Below, in pieces: positions 36,447-46,505 of a stretch of 64,000 bases of DNA (position 1 is its first letter; every line of letters begins with the position of its first letter). A program made the position numbers and the translations under genes. The notes under the pieces are model-generated. The model worked only from the letters and a program-made list of their open reading frames with translations. It was not told the DNA's origin and made no database searches. Source of the DNA: Ferruginibacter sp. (GTDB lineage Bacteria > Bacteroidota > Bacteroidia > Chitinophagales > Chitinophagaceae); contig DATHNB010000370.1 of the NCBI GenBank assembly GCA_035486495.1, positions 2,588 through 66,587 of the forward strand, written 5' to 3'.

Positions 36447-36670
36447 AAAAACCCCCAACCCTCTAAAGGGGGCTTTTATGAATGATTATTTAGGGAGATC
36501 ATGATAATTTATACATTCTGATATAATTTTTATTTAGTCCGGCATCTGTACTACTATGAATCTTCAGTGGCGTCGGGCATTTCAGCAGTAGATCTTTCTT
36601 CGATCCTTTCAGTACGTTTCAGTATTTATTTTACTGAAATGAAAGCCCCCTTCAGGGGGTTGGGGGTTTC
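36447..36670. mobile_element. MITE-like element bounded by inverted REP-like units (copies 2 and 3)
   Basis: 28-bp IRs with 2 mismatches: AAACCCCCAACCCTCTAAAGGGGGCTTT (36449-36476) and AAAGCCCCCTTCAGGGGGTTGGGGGTTT (36642-36669). No internal ORF; no target-site duplication seen. Confidence 0.5.
36541..36594 (-). ncRNA. Dispersed structured element, copy C
   Basis: Minus strand CTACTGCTGAAATGCCCGACGCCACTGAAGATTCATAGTAG; 21/23 identical to 55849-55871. Confidence 0.5.
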
Positions 36671-37821
36671 CGTCTCAAACGGATATCCGTAATCACAGGA
36701 TAATGATCACTTAATTTTTTGTTGATCTTTGTAAACTGTTCCACGGTAAAATCATCATCCAGAAAAATATTATCAATACGCAGGGTTGACGATATGCCGC
36801 TGAAAGTTCGTCCAATGCCCGATCCTTTTTCTACAAATGCATTTTGTAAACCCTTACCTATTGTTGCATACGCATAAGAGTTAGGTACATCATTAAAATC
36901 ACCACAAAGAATAACGCGATAAGGAGACCTGTCAATTTCTTCTTTAACAAGCTCTGCCTGTGCCTTACGTTTTAAAAAACCTATTTTAATTTTACCAATT
37001 ACACTCTGGGATTTTTCAATATCTTCTCTGGATTCAAGTGAGGGACTATCGATGTAATTCAAATTAGTTGGCGTAAATTTTAATGATTGTAAATGCACAT
37101 TAAATATTCTGAACGTATCGTTACCCTTCACCATATCGGCATATTGAAAAATGGAATTGTAATCGTAAGGATATTTCATTACAGCATGCCTGTTGATGAG
37201 TTTATATTTTGATAAAATAAGGATACCAAAATGCTGACTATTTAAAAAATCTTCTTTGTAATTATAGCCATAAAAATAATCGGGAAAACGAAGACTATCT
37301 ACAAAACTACTTAACGGGTAAAATCTGAATTTGCGGTAATAAGGAGTATTCAGATCAACAGGCTTATCTCCTGCTACCATTTCCTGAAAGCAGGCAATGT
37401 CAGGCTGATACTTATTAATAAGTGCCAACATTTGTTTTTTTACTTCGGGATGTTTTTTATCCTCCAGAATATTGAACTGCGCAACGTTCCAGCTCATAAT
37501 ACGTAAGGTGTTCGGCTGTTTTTTTATTGTAAAAGAGGAAGATGATCTGAAAGGAATTATATTTTGAATTGGCTTCCACGCAAGCGCAATTACAAAAATA
37601 AAGATCAATGAAAGCCTTGGTTCAACAACTAACCAAAAGAGAAAAAAGATAAACAGTATCCCAAAAAGATAAACGGCAAATAAAGTAAAAAGCCCGATGA
37701 ACCACCAGGTAGCGGGATCAAACCATTTGGCATAACATCCCAGCAAAAATAATATTGCCGCGATAATATTGGTAATGATGAATCCTTTCTTTATGAAATG
37801 GCGTAATAGAATTAACGGCAT
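36652..37821 (-). CDS. Endonuclease/exonuclease/phosphatase family protein
   Basis: Three N-terminal TMs; MSWNV, CFQE, CGDFND, LRIDNI and SDHYPV. Confidence 0.9.
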   Translation of the reverse strand: MPLILLRHFIKKGFIITNIIAAILFLLGCYAKWFDPATWWFIGLFTLFAVYLFGILFIFFLFWLVVEPRLSLIFIFVIALAWKPIQNIIPFRSSSSFTIKKQPNTLRIMSWNVAQFNILEDKKHPEVKKQMLALINKYQPDIACFQEMVAGDKPVDLNTPYYRKFRFYPLSSFVDSLRFPDYFYGYNYKEDFLNSQHFGILILSKYKLINRHAVMKYPYDYNSIFQYADMVKGNDTFRIFNVHLQSLKFTPTNLNYIDSPSLESREDIEKSQSVIGKIKIGFLKRKAQAELVKEEIDRSPYRVILCGDFNDVPNSYAYATIGKGLQNAFVEKGSGIGRTFSGISSTLRIDNIFLDDDFTVEQFTKINKKLSDHYPVITDIRLRRKPPTP

Positions 37822-37866
37822 GTGTTAGATGTTGTTAGTTAGTTTTCTATGGCAGGTAAAGGTTGA

Positions 37867-38814
37867 CTAAAGATCCTCGGCTTCTGCTGCTCTTTTTAAA
37901 ATATCTTTTTCTTCATCGGTAAGAAAATGATACCCTTGCTGATTGATTTTATCAAGTATCTCATCTACACGTTGCTGTGTAACTGTAGATACTTTTTTAT
38001 ACGGATTTTTATTGCCTACACTATAAAAGACTTTTTCTTTAATAGAATGTGTGGTAGATTTTTTATAAGGATTGAAAAGATTCATAAACCAATTGTACAG
38101 ATTATTCATCCAAACACTTCCGTCTTTACCTCTGCGTAAAAAATACACGAATAGGAAGCCCGCAAATCCGCCGCCTATATGAGATAGAGCAAATGCAGCC
38201 GTACTAATGTTTGCAAGTCCCAAAAGATCAATCACCACATAAACTGTTGTAACTATCCATAAAGGGATACCTCCTCCGAGGTTTCTGAAAAAACGAAAAT
38301 TTGGTGTTAAGATAGTTACTGCAACGGCAATTGCCATTGTGGCTGCGTTAGAACCTACTAAAAAAGAATCGTCAACAAATAATTTTAAATTAGGTACTAT
38401 ATAACTGGTGGCAATAAAAAATACAGCACCAAGTAAACCGCCATAAATATAAATTGGAATGATTTTGTTATTGCCTGTAAGATCTTGCAGTACATAACCG
38501 AAGGTCCACAGCCACAACATATTACTAAGTGTATTTAAAATACCTACATTAGTAAACATATATACCAAAACAGTCCACGGTCGTTCGCTTAGTTTTGTTA
38601 ACTGTGCAGGCAATTCAAAAAATTGTACAGCCTGTGTATTGTACAAAATTGTATCAGATTGAAAATAAAAATAAATTACTTGTAGGGTGAGTAACAATAA
38701 AAAGAAGATTACATTAATGGTAAACAAAGCCACCAATGCATTGCCATCTTGCCCAAGATTAAAAATGTTTTTCTTGGGCAATTTGTATTCGCCATATCTA
38801 TCAGATTCTCCCAT
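37867..38814 (-). CDS. Rhomboid-family protein with C-terminal soluble domain (possibly inactive)
   Basis: RPWT motif, SHIGG His; GSNA in place of GxSG; C-terminal VDEILDKI…LTDEEK domain. Confidence 0.82.
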   Translation of the reverse strand: MGESDRYGEYKLPKKNIFNLGQDGNALVALFTINVIFFLLLLTLQVIYFYFQSDTILYNTQAVQFFELPAQLTKLSERPWTVLVYMFTNVGILNTLSNMLWLWTFGYVLQDLTGNNKIIPIYIYGGLLGAVFFIATSYIVPNLKLFVDDSFLVGSNAATMAIAVAVTILTPNFRFFRNLGGGIPLWIVTTVYVVIDLLGLANISTAAFALSHIGGGFAGFLFVYFLRRGKDGSVWMNNLYNWFMNLFNPYKKSTTHSIKEKVFYSVGNKNPYKKVSTVTQQRVDEILDKINQQGYHFLTDEEKDILKRAAEAEDL

Positions 38815-38908
38815 AATTAGCTATAGCAAAAATACGAAGCTGCCGCGTAAAAAGCTGTTAAGATTGATTTTTTTGTAGCCTGCAGTAGCTTTTGATAGCA
38901 GCAGAATG

Positions 38909-39601
38909 TTAATACATTGTTTTTCTGTTGGTTTTATTCCAGTATATGATCAATAGAATTCCTATCAAAGCTCCTCCCAAATGGGCAAAATGCCCAATAT
39001 TATCTCCCTTAAACTGATATAAACCACCAAATAGATCGATCAGAATAAAAACGGGAATCACATATTTTGCTTTAACCGGTATGGGAATAAAAAATACGTA
39101 TAAAGCCGTATTCGGAAATAAATAAGCAAATGCCGCCATTACCCCCATAATTGCTCCGGATGCACCGATCATAGAATAATTTTCTTTATAAGCAGCTGAA
39201 ATATCGGCAAAGCTGTATCCTTGCAAAAGCTCAGGTGCAGTTTTCGCATATTGATCCGCACTAAAAGGAATAGTCAATTGAATTAAAATACTAGCACCCA
39301 CTCCACAGATCAAATAAAATATCAGGAACTTTTTTGATCCCAGAAATTTTTCTAAAATACTGCCGAACATCCACAACGCAAACATGTTGAAAAGAATATG
39401 CGCAAAACTTCCCGGATCATGTAAGAACATGCAAGTAATTAACTGGTGAGGTTTAAACAAGCTTGATTTATAATAATGTAAAGCACCCCATTGTGTTACA
39501 TCAAAAGGATGTATCAATAGTTGTGCTACATACATCAACACATTAATAATGATCAGGTTAAAAATTACAGGAGTTTCTTTTTGTATTGAATTGAATGCCA
39601 T
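38909..39601 (-). CDS. Rhomboid intramembrane serine protease
   Basis: HILFNM, catalytic GASG and AHLGG. Confidence 0.92.
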   Translation of the reverse strand: MAFNSIQKETPVIFNLIIINVLMYVAQLLIHPFDVTQWGALHYYKSSLFKPHQLITCMFLHDPGSFAHILFNMFALWMFGSILEKFLGSKKFLIFYLICGVGASILIQLTIPFSADQYAKTAPELLQGYSFADISAAYKENYSMIGASGAIMGVMAAFAYLFPNTALYVFFIPIPVKAKYVIPVFILIDLFGGLYQFKGDNIGHFAHLGGALIGILLIIYWNKTNRKTMY

Positions 39602-39617
39602 AAAACAAAGTTAGAAT

Positions 39618-41021
39618 TTATTTTTTCAGTGTTAAAAGTGCCACACATTCTATGTGGTGCGTGTGAGGGAACATATCTACCGGTTGTATTTTTTCTACAA
39701 CATATTTTTCGCTTAGCAGCAATATATCTCTTGCCTGTGTAGCCGTATTGCAGCTTACATATACAATTTTTGGCGCAGCAATATCCAGTAATTTAAGTAC
39801 CAGTTTTTCGTGCATGCCTACACGTGGTGGATCGGTGATAATTACATCCGGTCTTCCATGAGCAGTAAAAAATTCATCGTTGCAAATTTTTATTACATCG
39901 CCAGCGAAAAATTCTGCGTGGGTGATACTGTTTAAGGCTGCATTTACTTTTGCATCTTCAATTGCTTCGTCAATTACCTCAACACCTATTATTTTTTTTG
40001 CTGAGTCGCTTACAAAAATACCAATGCTGCCTGTTCCGCAATACAAGTCATAAACAGTTTCGGTTCCTGTAAGTCCGGCAAAATCTTTTGTGATAGTATA
40101 TAGCTTTTCTGCTTGCTTGGTATTAGTTTGAAAGAATGATTTAGGCCCGATCTTAAAGCTGAATTCTTCCAGCTTTTCTATTACAAAACCTTTGCCTGTA
40201 TATGTTTGTGGCGTAAGGTCATAAATACTATCGTTCCATTTTGTATTGATAGTATATAGTAATGTTGTTATTGCGGGCACTTTTTTTAGTAAGCCATCCA
40301 GCAAAATTTTTGTTGCCGCTTCATCTTCATAACCCAAACAAATATTTACCATCAGCTCACCGGTAGTGCAATAACGGATAATGATATTACGTAGCCAGCC
40401 GGTATGTTGTTTAATGTCATAAAAAGTGTAATCATTTTCTTTCGCGATATCACGAAGACTATTTCTGATCTGATTGTTTACATCATCCATCAGGTAACAA
40501 TGCTGTATGTCAATTATCTTATCAAAAATTCTAGGTACATGAAAACCCAGCGCATTTTCATTCGGCATTACGGCATCGCTTTTTATTTCCTCATTAGTTA
40601 AATACCTTTTATTACTAAAAGTAAATTCTAATTTATTTCTATAATGAACGGTATCACTGCTGCCAACAATAGGTAATATTTCCGGTAGTTGGATTTTGCC
40701 TATACGCCTTAGGTTTTGGGCAACTTCTTGCTGTTTGTACTCTAATTGCTTTTGATAAGGCAACATTTGCCATTTACAACCGCCGCAAATGCCAAAATGC
40801 TCACAAAAAGCACTTACCCTTTCGGGTGAGTATTCTCTTATCAAAGTCGCTTTACCTTCGGCCCAGTCTTTTTTGTCTTTGGTTATAAATACATCTACAA
40901 CATCTCCCGGTACGGCACCTTCAATAAATATAACTTTGCCATCTTGTTTTGATAATGCTTTACCTTCGGCTGCATAACCGGTAACTGCTACTTTTTCAAG
41001 TAAATATTTTTTTCGTTTCAC
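39618..41021 (-). CDS. rlmD: 23S rRNA m5U1939 methyltransferase
   Basis: TRAM domain, CEHFGICGGC Fe-S motif, SFFQTN, DLYCGTG, DPPR and YVSCN. GTG 41021 start inferred from the promoter at 41033-41026. Confidence 0.9.
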   Translation of the reverse strand: MKRKKYLLEKVAVTGYAAEGKALSKQDGKVIFIEGAVPGDVVDVFITKDKKDWAEGKATLIREYSPERVSAFCEHFGICGGCKWQMLPYQKQLEYKQQEVAQNLRRIGKIQLPEILPIVGSSDTVHYRNKLEFTFSNKRYLTNEEIKSDAVMPNENALGFHVPRIFDKIIDIQHCYLMDDVNNQIRNSLRDIAKENDYTFYDIKQHTGWLRNIIIRYCTTGELMVNICLGYEDEAATKILLDGLLKKVPAITTLLYTINTKWNDSIYDLTPQTYTGKGFVIEKLEEFSFKIGPKSFFQTNTKQAEKLYTITKDFAGLTGTETVYDLYCGTGSIGIFVSDSAKKIIGVEVIDEAIEDAKVNAALNSITHAEFFAGDVIKICNDEFFTAHGRPDVIITDPPRVGMHEKLVLKLLDIAAPKIVYVSCNTATQARDILLLSEKYVVEKIQPVDMFPHTHHIECVALLTLKK

Positions 41022-41025
41022 GCAG

Positions 41026-41033
41026 CAAAAGTA
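41026..41033 (-). promoter_or_regulatory. -7 promoter element (rlmD)
   Basis: TACTTTTG ending 4 nt before the GTG. Confidence 0.6.
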
Positions 41034-41111
41034 AATCATATATTATGTTAATGAATTGAAATTTTTACTATTTAGAAAAGCACTAACATTTAAATAATCA
41101 CTCATTTTAAA

Positions 41112-41119
41112 TACATTTG
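41112..41119 (+). promoter_or_regulatory. -7 promoter element (TlpA-PPIase operon)
   Basis: TACATTTG. Confidence 0.55.
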
Positions 41120-41139
41120 TACTCCTTCAAGTTTGTAAT

Positions 41140-42582
41140 ATGAAAAAAATATTTAGTACAGTTGCACTGGTAATTTGTTTTGCTGCCACATATGCCCAGG
41201 GATATAAAATAACTGTTCACTCTCCTGATTATAAAGGCGGACAGGCTTATTTGGCATATCATTTTGGCAAAAGCCTGAATGCGCAAGACTCAGGAATGTT
41301 TAACAATAATGGAACAGTTGTTTTTTCAGGAAAGGAAAAACTTCCGGGTGGCATTTATGTTATAATATTTCCGGGAAAGACACAATCTCTTGACTTTCTC
41401 ATTGATAAATCACAGGGTATTAATATAAAAACAGACACGACAGATCTTGTTAATAATACAGTTATAACCGGCGCCCCGGAAAATCTACCGTTTCAGCAAT
41501 ACCAAAAAGCAATAGAACCTCAGGGTAAATTATTGGAAAACGAAAGAAAAGCATACGGGCTTTCAAAAACAAAACAGGATTCGGATCTACATGTAGCTAA
41601 TTACGATAAAATAAATAAGGACCTTGCTGCTTTAAGAGAAACCTATATCGTAAAATATCCTGGATCAATGTTGGCTGTTTTATTGCAAACAATGAGAGAT
41701 CCTAAAACACTGATGGATAAGCCTGTTACTCGTCAGGATTCCATAGACAATTACAATTATTATAAAGCTCATTATTGGGATGATATAACTTTTATGGATG
41801 AAAGAGTTATCCGCACGCCATTTTTTATACCCAAGTTGACGGCTTATTACGAAAAGGTAATATCTCAAAATCCGGATAGCATTATTGCAACTTTAGATTA
41901 TCAATTATTGTTAGCGAGAAACGACTCTGAGATGTATAAGCTAATGCTTAACTGGCTGACCGATGAATATTTTTATCCTAAATACATGGGACAAGATGCA
42001 ATACTGGTCCATTTGTTTGAGAAATATCATAGTCAGGGCCTAAGCCCATGGCTAACAAAAAAACAACAGGATCTTATCAGTAATCGTGCTTACATGGAGA
42101 TGTCAAACTTAGTAGGGAGTCAGGGTGCTGATCTTAACTTAATCGATTCTTCAGGCAAGTATAGATCTCTTTACGATGTAGTAGCGGATTATACAGTTGT
42201 TTGTTTTTGGGATCCTACCTGCGGACATTGTAAAATAGAAATTCCGAAGATCGATTCAGTTTATGAAGCGAGCTGGAAAAAGCATAATGTAAAAATTTAT
42301 GCTGTGTTAACCGAAAACGTAAGAGACCAATGGACACAATATATCAGGGATCATAATATTGGTGATTGGACAAATGTGTATCAAACCAAGGAAATGGAAA
42401 AAGCTGATGAAGATGCTAATAGAGCGAGCTTTAGACAGCTATACGATGTAACTTCTACGCCAACATTATATCTATTAGATAAAGACAAAAGAATTATTAT
42501 GAAACATTTAAGCTGGGAACAGATAAATGATTTTTTAAATTTAAAATGGACAAGCAAACCAGCAGCGGACAAATCTAAATAA
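41140..42582 (+). CDS. Secreted thioredoxin-like protein (DUF5106-like + TlpA)
   Basis: Signal peptide, HYWD motif and FWDPTCGHC (CxxC). Confidence 0.82.
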   Translation: MKKIFSTVALVICFAATYAQGYKITVHSPDYKGGQAYLAYHFGKSLNAQDSGMFNNNGTVVFSGKEKLPGGIYVIIFPGKTQSLDFLIDKSQGINIKTDTTDLVNNTVITGAPENLPFQQYQKAIEPQGKLLENERKAYGLSKTKQDSDLHVANYDKINKDLAALRETYIVKYPGSMLAVLLQTMRDPKTLMDKPVTRQDSIDNYNYYKAHYWDDITFMDERVIRTPFFIPKLTAYYEKVISQNPDSIIATLDYQLLLARNDSEMYKLMLNWLTDEYFYPKYMGQDAILVHLFEKYHSQGLSPWLTKKQQDLISNRAYMEMSNLVGSQGADLNLIDSSGKYRSLYDVVADYTVVCFWDPTCGHCKIEIPKIDSVYEASWKKHNVKIYAVLTENVRDQWTQYIRDHNIGDWTNVYQTKEMEKADEDANRASFRQLYDVTSTPTLYLLDKDKRIIMKHLSWEQINDFLNLKWTSKPAADKSK

Positions 42583-42605
42583 TATAATAAAACCCTTATT
42601 TGGTA

Positions 42606-44516
42606 ATGAAGAAAATATTTTTAGCAATTGCATTTTTGTTTGCTGCAACGCAACTTTTTTCTCAAACACTTTTTACTTATGGTAAGGATGCAGTTAGTAA
42701 GGATGAGTTTTTACGAGCCTACAATAAAAACAAAATATCTTCTGCAGATAAAGAAAAATCTCTTCGTGAATACCTTGATCTGTATTCAAATTTTAAGTTA
42801 AAAGTCAAGGCAGCAAGCTTATTAAGGATGGATACATTGCCAGAGATGCGGATGGATGTAGAAAATTTCCGGGCTCAAATAGTTGAAGGGTACATGACCA
42901 ACAAAAATGGGTTGAGCGATTTGGCTGATGAAGCTTTTCAGAGAAGTCAAAAAGACATTCACCTCTTACATTTTTATATTCCTGTAAATGATAAAATGAC
43001 TCCTGCAGATACGGTTAAAGTTTACAATGAGATACAAACTATATATGTTGCACTTAAATCAGGCAAAGATGATTACAAAGAATTATGTAGTAAAGATACA
43101 GCTGTCAGCTTTTCAGATCTCGGATATATAACAGCATTTTCAATTCCATATAATTATGAAAATATTATTTATGGTTTGAGTGCAGGAGAAGCCTCTCATC
43201 CTTTTCGTACAAAAACAGGCTGGCATATTTTAAAGAATGCAGATGAAAGAAAAAGCATCGGCAAATTAAAAGTGGCGCAAATTCTTTTTGCACTTCCTCA
43301 AAATGCTAGTCCTGAAACAGTAAAAGCGGCACAACAAAAATCGGATTCGGTCTATAAGCTGTTGCAGGATGGACAAGACTTCGCCACACTTGCTAAAAAA
43401 TTCAGCGATGATAAATTAACTTATTCCAATGGTGGTATTATGCCTGAGTTTGGAACAGGTAAATATGAACCTGAGTTCGAGGAGCATGTACTTGAGATTA
43501 AAAAAGATAGTGAAATTGCTCCTCCATTTTTAACAAGCTATGGTTTCCATATCGTAAAAAAATTACAGCAAACACCAACGCCTACCAGCAAAAAAGATGA
43601 TGGATACATGGATGCATTGCGGCAACGTGTATTGCACGACCCAAGAATGAATGTTGTAAATGAAAAGTTTTTAGATGAGGTTGTTTTGCCAAAAACTCAG
43701 TATAAAAGAAACATATCTGTAAAAGACGCGGATCTTTTTAGATATGCAGATAGCGCATACATTACTAAAGCAATAGGGAACTATCCGATCAATAATAAAG
43801 TGATCTTTTCTTTTCCGCATCAATCTATCAAAGGAAGCGACTGGTTAAATTTTGTGAAAGATTACAAGTTGAAAAAAGGCGAGACTGATAAAGAAATGTT
43901 CGATAATTATGTAACTCAAAAAGCCATGGGTTATTATCGTGATCATTTAGAAGAGTATAACAACGAGTTCAAATACCAAATGCGTGAATTTGCAGATGGC
44001 AACCTGCTATTTGCAATAATGGAAGAAAATGTATGGAACAAAGCAACGAATGATAGTGCAGGGCTAATGAATTATTACAACCAACATAAAGAAAAATACA
44101 TCTGGGCAAAAAGTGCAGACGTTCTTCTATTTACTTGCAACAGCACTATTATCGCAGACAGTATTAAAATATTATTGCGGGCAGGAAAAGATTGGAGAAA
44201 AATTATTGGTGAGAGTAAAGGGAAAGTGCAAGCAGATTCAGGGCGCTACGAAGTATCACAAATTTCGCTACCTGCCGGAACATTGTTGACAGAAGGATTA
44301 ATAACCAATACAATAACTAACAAAATAGACAATTCCGGCAGCTTTATTCAAGTGCTGAAAATATTTCCGGATAATCAACAACGAAGTTTTGCAGAATCAA
44401 AAGGGCTAGTAATAAATGATTACCAGAATTATTTAGAAGAAAAATGGCTACAGGAATTAAAGAAGAAATATCCTATTAAAGTAAACGAAGCTGTATTTCA
44501 ATCATTACTCAATTAG
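42606..44516 (+). CDS. Periplasmic parvulin-type peptidyl-prolyl isomerase (SurA-like)
   Basis: Signal peptide; VAQIL…DFATLAKKFSDD…GG parvulin motif; GWHILK and GFHIVK. ATG 42606. Confidence 0.85.
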   Translation: MKKIFLAIAFLFAATQLFSQTLFTYGKDAVSKDEFLRAYNKNKISSADKEKSLREYLDLYSNFKLKVKAASLLRMDTLPEMRMDVENFRAQIVEGYMTNKNGLSDLADEAFQRSQKDIHLLHFYIPVNDKMTPADTVKVYNEIQTIYVALKSGKDDYKELCSKDTAVSFSDLGYITAFSIPYNYENIIYGLSAGEASHPFRTKTGWHILKNADERKSIGKLKVAQILFALPQNASPETVKAAQQKSDSVYKLLQDGQDFATLAKKFSDDKLTYSNGGIMPEFGTGKYEPEFEEHVLEIKKDSEIAPPFLTSYGFHIVKKLQQTPTPTSKKDDGYMDALRQRVLHDPRMNVVNEKFLDEVVLPKTQYKRNISVKDADLFRYADSAYITKAIGNYPINNKVIFSFPHQSIKGSDWLNFVKDYKLKKGETDKEMFDNYVTQKAMGYYRDHLEEYNNEFKYQMREFADGNLLFAIMEENVWNKATNDSAGLMNYYNQHKEKYIWAKSADVLLFTCNSTIIADSIKILLRAGKDWRKIIGESKGKVQADSGRYEVSQISLPAGTLLTEGLITNTITNKIDNSGSFIQVLKIFPDNQQRSFAESKGLVINDYQNYLEEKWLQELKKKYPIKVNEAVFQSLLN

Positions 44517-44531
44517 ATTGTAATATTTTAT

Positions 44532-44567
44532 AAAAAAGCCTGCACTTAAATTGGTGCAGGCTTTTTT
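44532..44567. terminator. Bidirectional intrinsic terminator
   Basis: AAAAAAGCCTGCAC-N8-GTGCAGGCTTTTTT between convergent genes. Confidence 0.88.
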
Positions 44568-45520
44568 TATTTTACTTCTTTCACAACATTATAAATAACT
44601 TTCGGTTTACCCAAGGTGTAATAATGTAATACTGGCACACCAAATTTTTTCAATTCTTTAGATTGTTGTATCAACCATTCTGTTCCTACTTGTTCTATGT
44701 GTTCGTCTGTTTTAGCTTTTAAAATAGCGTTTGATAGATCTGAAGGTATATCTACATGAAATATTTTCGGTAAGATCGTCAATTGCTTTTTATTGGTAAT
44801 CGGCTTTAATCCAGGAATGATAGGAACATTGATGCCGTTAGCTCTACACTCTTTTACAAAATGAAAAAATTTCTCGTTATCAAAAAACATTTGCGTCATA
44901 ATATAATCCGCACCTGCTTCTACTTTTGCTTTTAAATGCTCCATATCTGTTTTCAAATTCGGTGCTTCAAAATGTTTTTCCGGGTAACCTGCAGTACCGA
45001 TACAGAAATCGGGCCTCACGCCATTTTTAATATCTTCTTCTAAGTAGATACCATTTTTTAAATTCATCACCTGCTTTTGCAGATCAATAGCGTATTTATG
45101 TCCATCAGGATGTGGTTCAAAAAACGCTTCATTTTTAGCAGCATCGCCACGCAATACTAATACGTTATTAATACCTAAAAAGTTAAGATCGATCAGTGCA
45201 TCTTCTGTTTCTCTTTTAGAAAAACCACCACATATTAAATGAGGTACCGCGTCTATTTGGTAATGATTCATCAATGCTGCGCAGATAGCAACGGTGCCCG
45301 GTCTTTTGCGGACCTCTACTTTTTCAAATGTACCATCCAGCTTTTTCTTAAACATTGTCTCACTGCGATGATAGGTAACATTTATAAAGGCTGGATTAAA
45401 TTCCATCAAAGGATCTAAATGCTCATAAATTGAATTGATCGTTTTCCCCTTTAACGGCGGTAAAATTTCAAAAGAAACCAAGGTATCTTTTGCTTGTTGT
45501 ATGTGTTCTGTTACTTTCAT
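44567..45520 (-). CDS. metF: Methylenetetrahydrofolate reductase
   Basis: SFEILPP, PHLICGG, LRGD, GYPEKH, KVEAGADYIMTQMFFD and LHYYT. Confidence 0.94.
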   Translation of the reverse strand: MKVTEHIQQAKDTLVSFEILPPLKGKTINSIYEHLDPLMEFNPAFINVTYHRSETMFKKKLDGTFEKVEVRKRPGTVAICAALMNHYQIDAVPHLICGGFSKRETEDALIDLNFLGINNVLVLRGDAAKNEAFFEPHPDGHKYAIDLQKQVMNLKNGIYLEEDIKNGVRPDFCIGTAGYPEKHFEAPNLKTDMEHLKAKVEAGADYIMTQMFFDNEKFFHFVKECRANGINVPIIPGLKPITNKKQLTILPKIFHVDIPSDLSNAILKAKTDEHIEQVGTEWLIQQSKELKKFGVPVLHYYTLGKPKVIYNVVKEVK

Positions 45521-45536
45521 TTTTGTAAAATATGTG

Positions 45537-45621
45537 CAAACTTAGGCAAGTAATAATAAAGCACAAACTGCTGTTAAATAATAATGCCTTTATAGCCTTA
45601 TATTTGTTTGTAGTAAATTTG
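45537..45621. promoter_or_regulatory. Divergent -7 elements (metF / lptB)
   Basis: TAAGTTTG on minus (45544-45537) and TAAATTTG on plus (45614-45621). Confidence 0.6.
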
Positions 45622-45631
45622 CTAAAATTCA

Positions 45632-46429
45632 ATGTCATTGATCTTAACGATATATACCAAGAACCTGATCAAAAGATACGGCAGTCGTACTGTTGTTAAC
45701 AATGTTTCCTTCCAGGTAAGTCAGGGAGAAATAGTTGGTTTACTAGGTCCAAATGGTGCCGGCAAAACAACATCTTTCTATCAGGTTGTTGGTTTGGTAA
45801 GACCTGATGAAGGCAATGTTTATTTGAACGATATCAATATTACCAAGCTGCCAATGTACAAAAGGGCGCAGATGGGTATTGGTTATTTACCGCAGGAAGC
45901 AAGCGTATTTCGCAAGTTGAGCGTAGAAGATAATATCGCCGCTGTACTAGAAATGACCAAGCTGACAAAAGCAGAACAAAAACATAAATTAGAAGAGTTA
46001 TTAGATGAGTTTCGCTTACAACATGTGCGTAAAAATAATGGCGATACATTGAGTGGTGGCGAAAGAAGAAGAACGGAAATATCAAGAGCATTAGCCGTCG
46101 ATCCAAAATTTATTTTATTAGATGAACCTTTCGCAGGTGTTGATCCTATTGCTGTTGAAGATATACAGTCAATTGTAGCTAAGCTTAAATTCAGACAAAT
46201 TGGTATTTTGATAACTGATCACAATGTGAATGAAACACTATCTATTTGTGATAGGGCATACTTATTAATCGATGGTCAGATATTTAAACACGGTACAGCA
46301 GAACAATTGGCTGAAGATGAACAAGTGCGTCGTTTGTATCTTGGTAGAAACTTTGAATTGAAGAGGAAAGATTACCTACATGAAGAAGCAGAAAAATCAG
46401 CCGCTGAGAAAAATATACTGCTTAAATAA
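45632..46429 (+). CDS. lptB: LPS export ABC ATPase LptB
   Basis: [37 protein letters not shown] and ITDHNV. Confidence 0.95.
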   Translation: MSLILTIYTKNLIKRYGSRTVVNNVSFQVSQGEIVGLLGPNGAGKTTSFYQVVGLVRPDEGNVYLNDINITKLPMYKRAQMGIGYLPQEASVFRKLSVEDNIAAVLEMTKLTKAEQKHKLEELLDEFRLQHVRKNNGDTLSGGERRRTEISRALAVDPKFILLDEPFAGVDPIAVEDIQSIVAKLKFRQIGILITDHNVNETLSICDRAYLLIDGQIFKHGTAEQLAEDEQVRRLYLGRNFELKRKDYLHEEAEKSAAEKNILLK

Positions 46430-46505
46430 ACCTACTTATTACCATCCGTAAAACATTACAATTCTATTTCCATCTTTCCGTAGTATTTCTGTATTTTGCC
46501 TATCA

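Noticed and set aside
45521-45631. SAM riboswitch upstream of metF
   Set aside because: The -7 element is only about 16 nt from the ATG, leaving no room, and no SAM-I/II consensus is visible.
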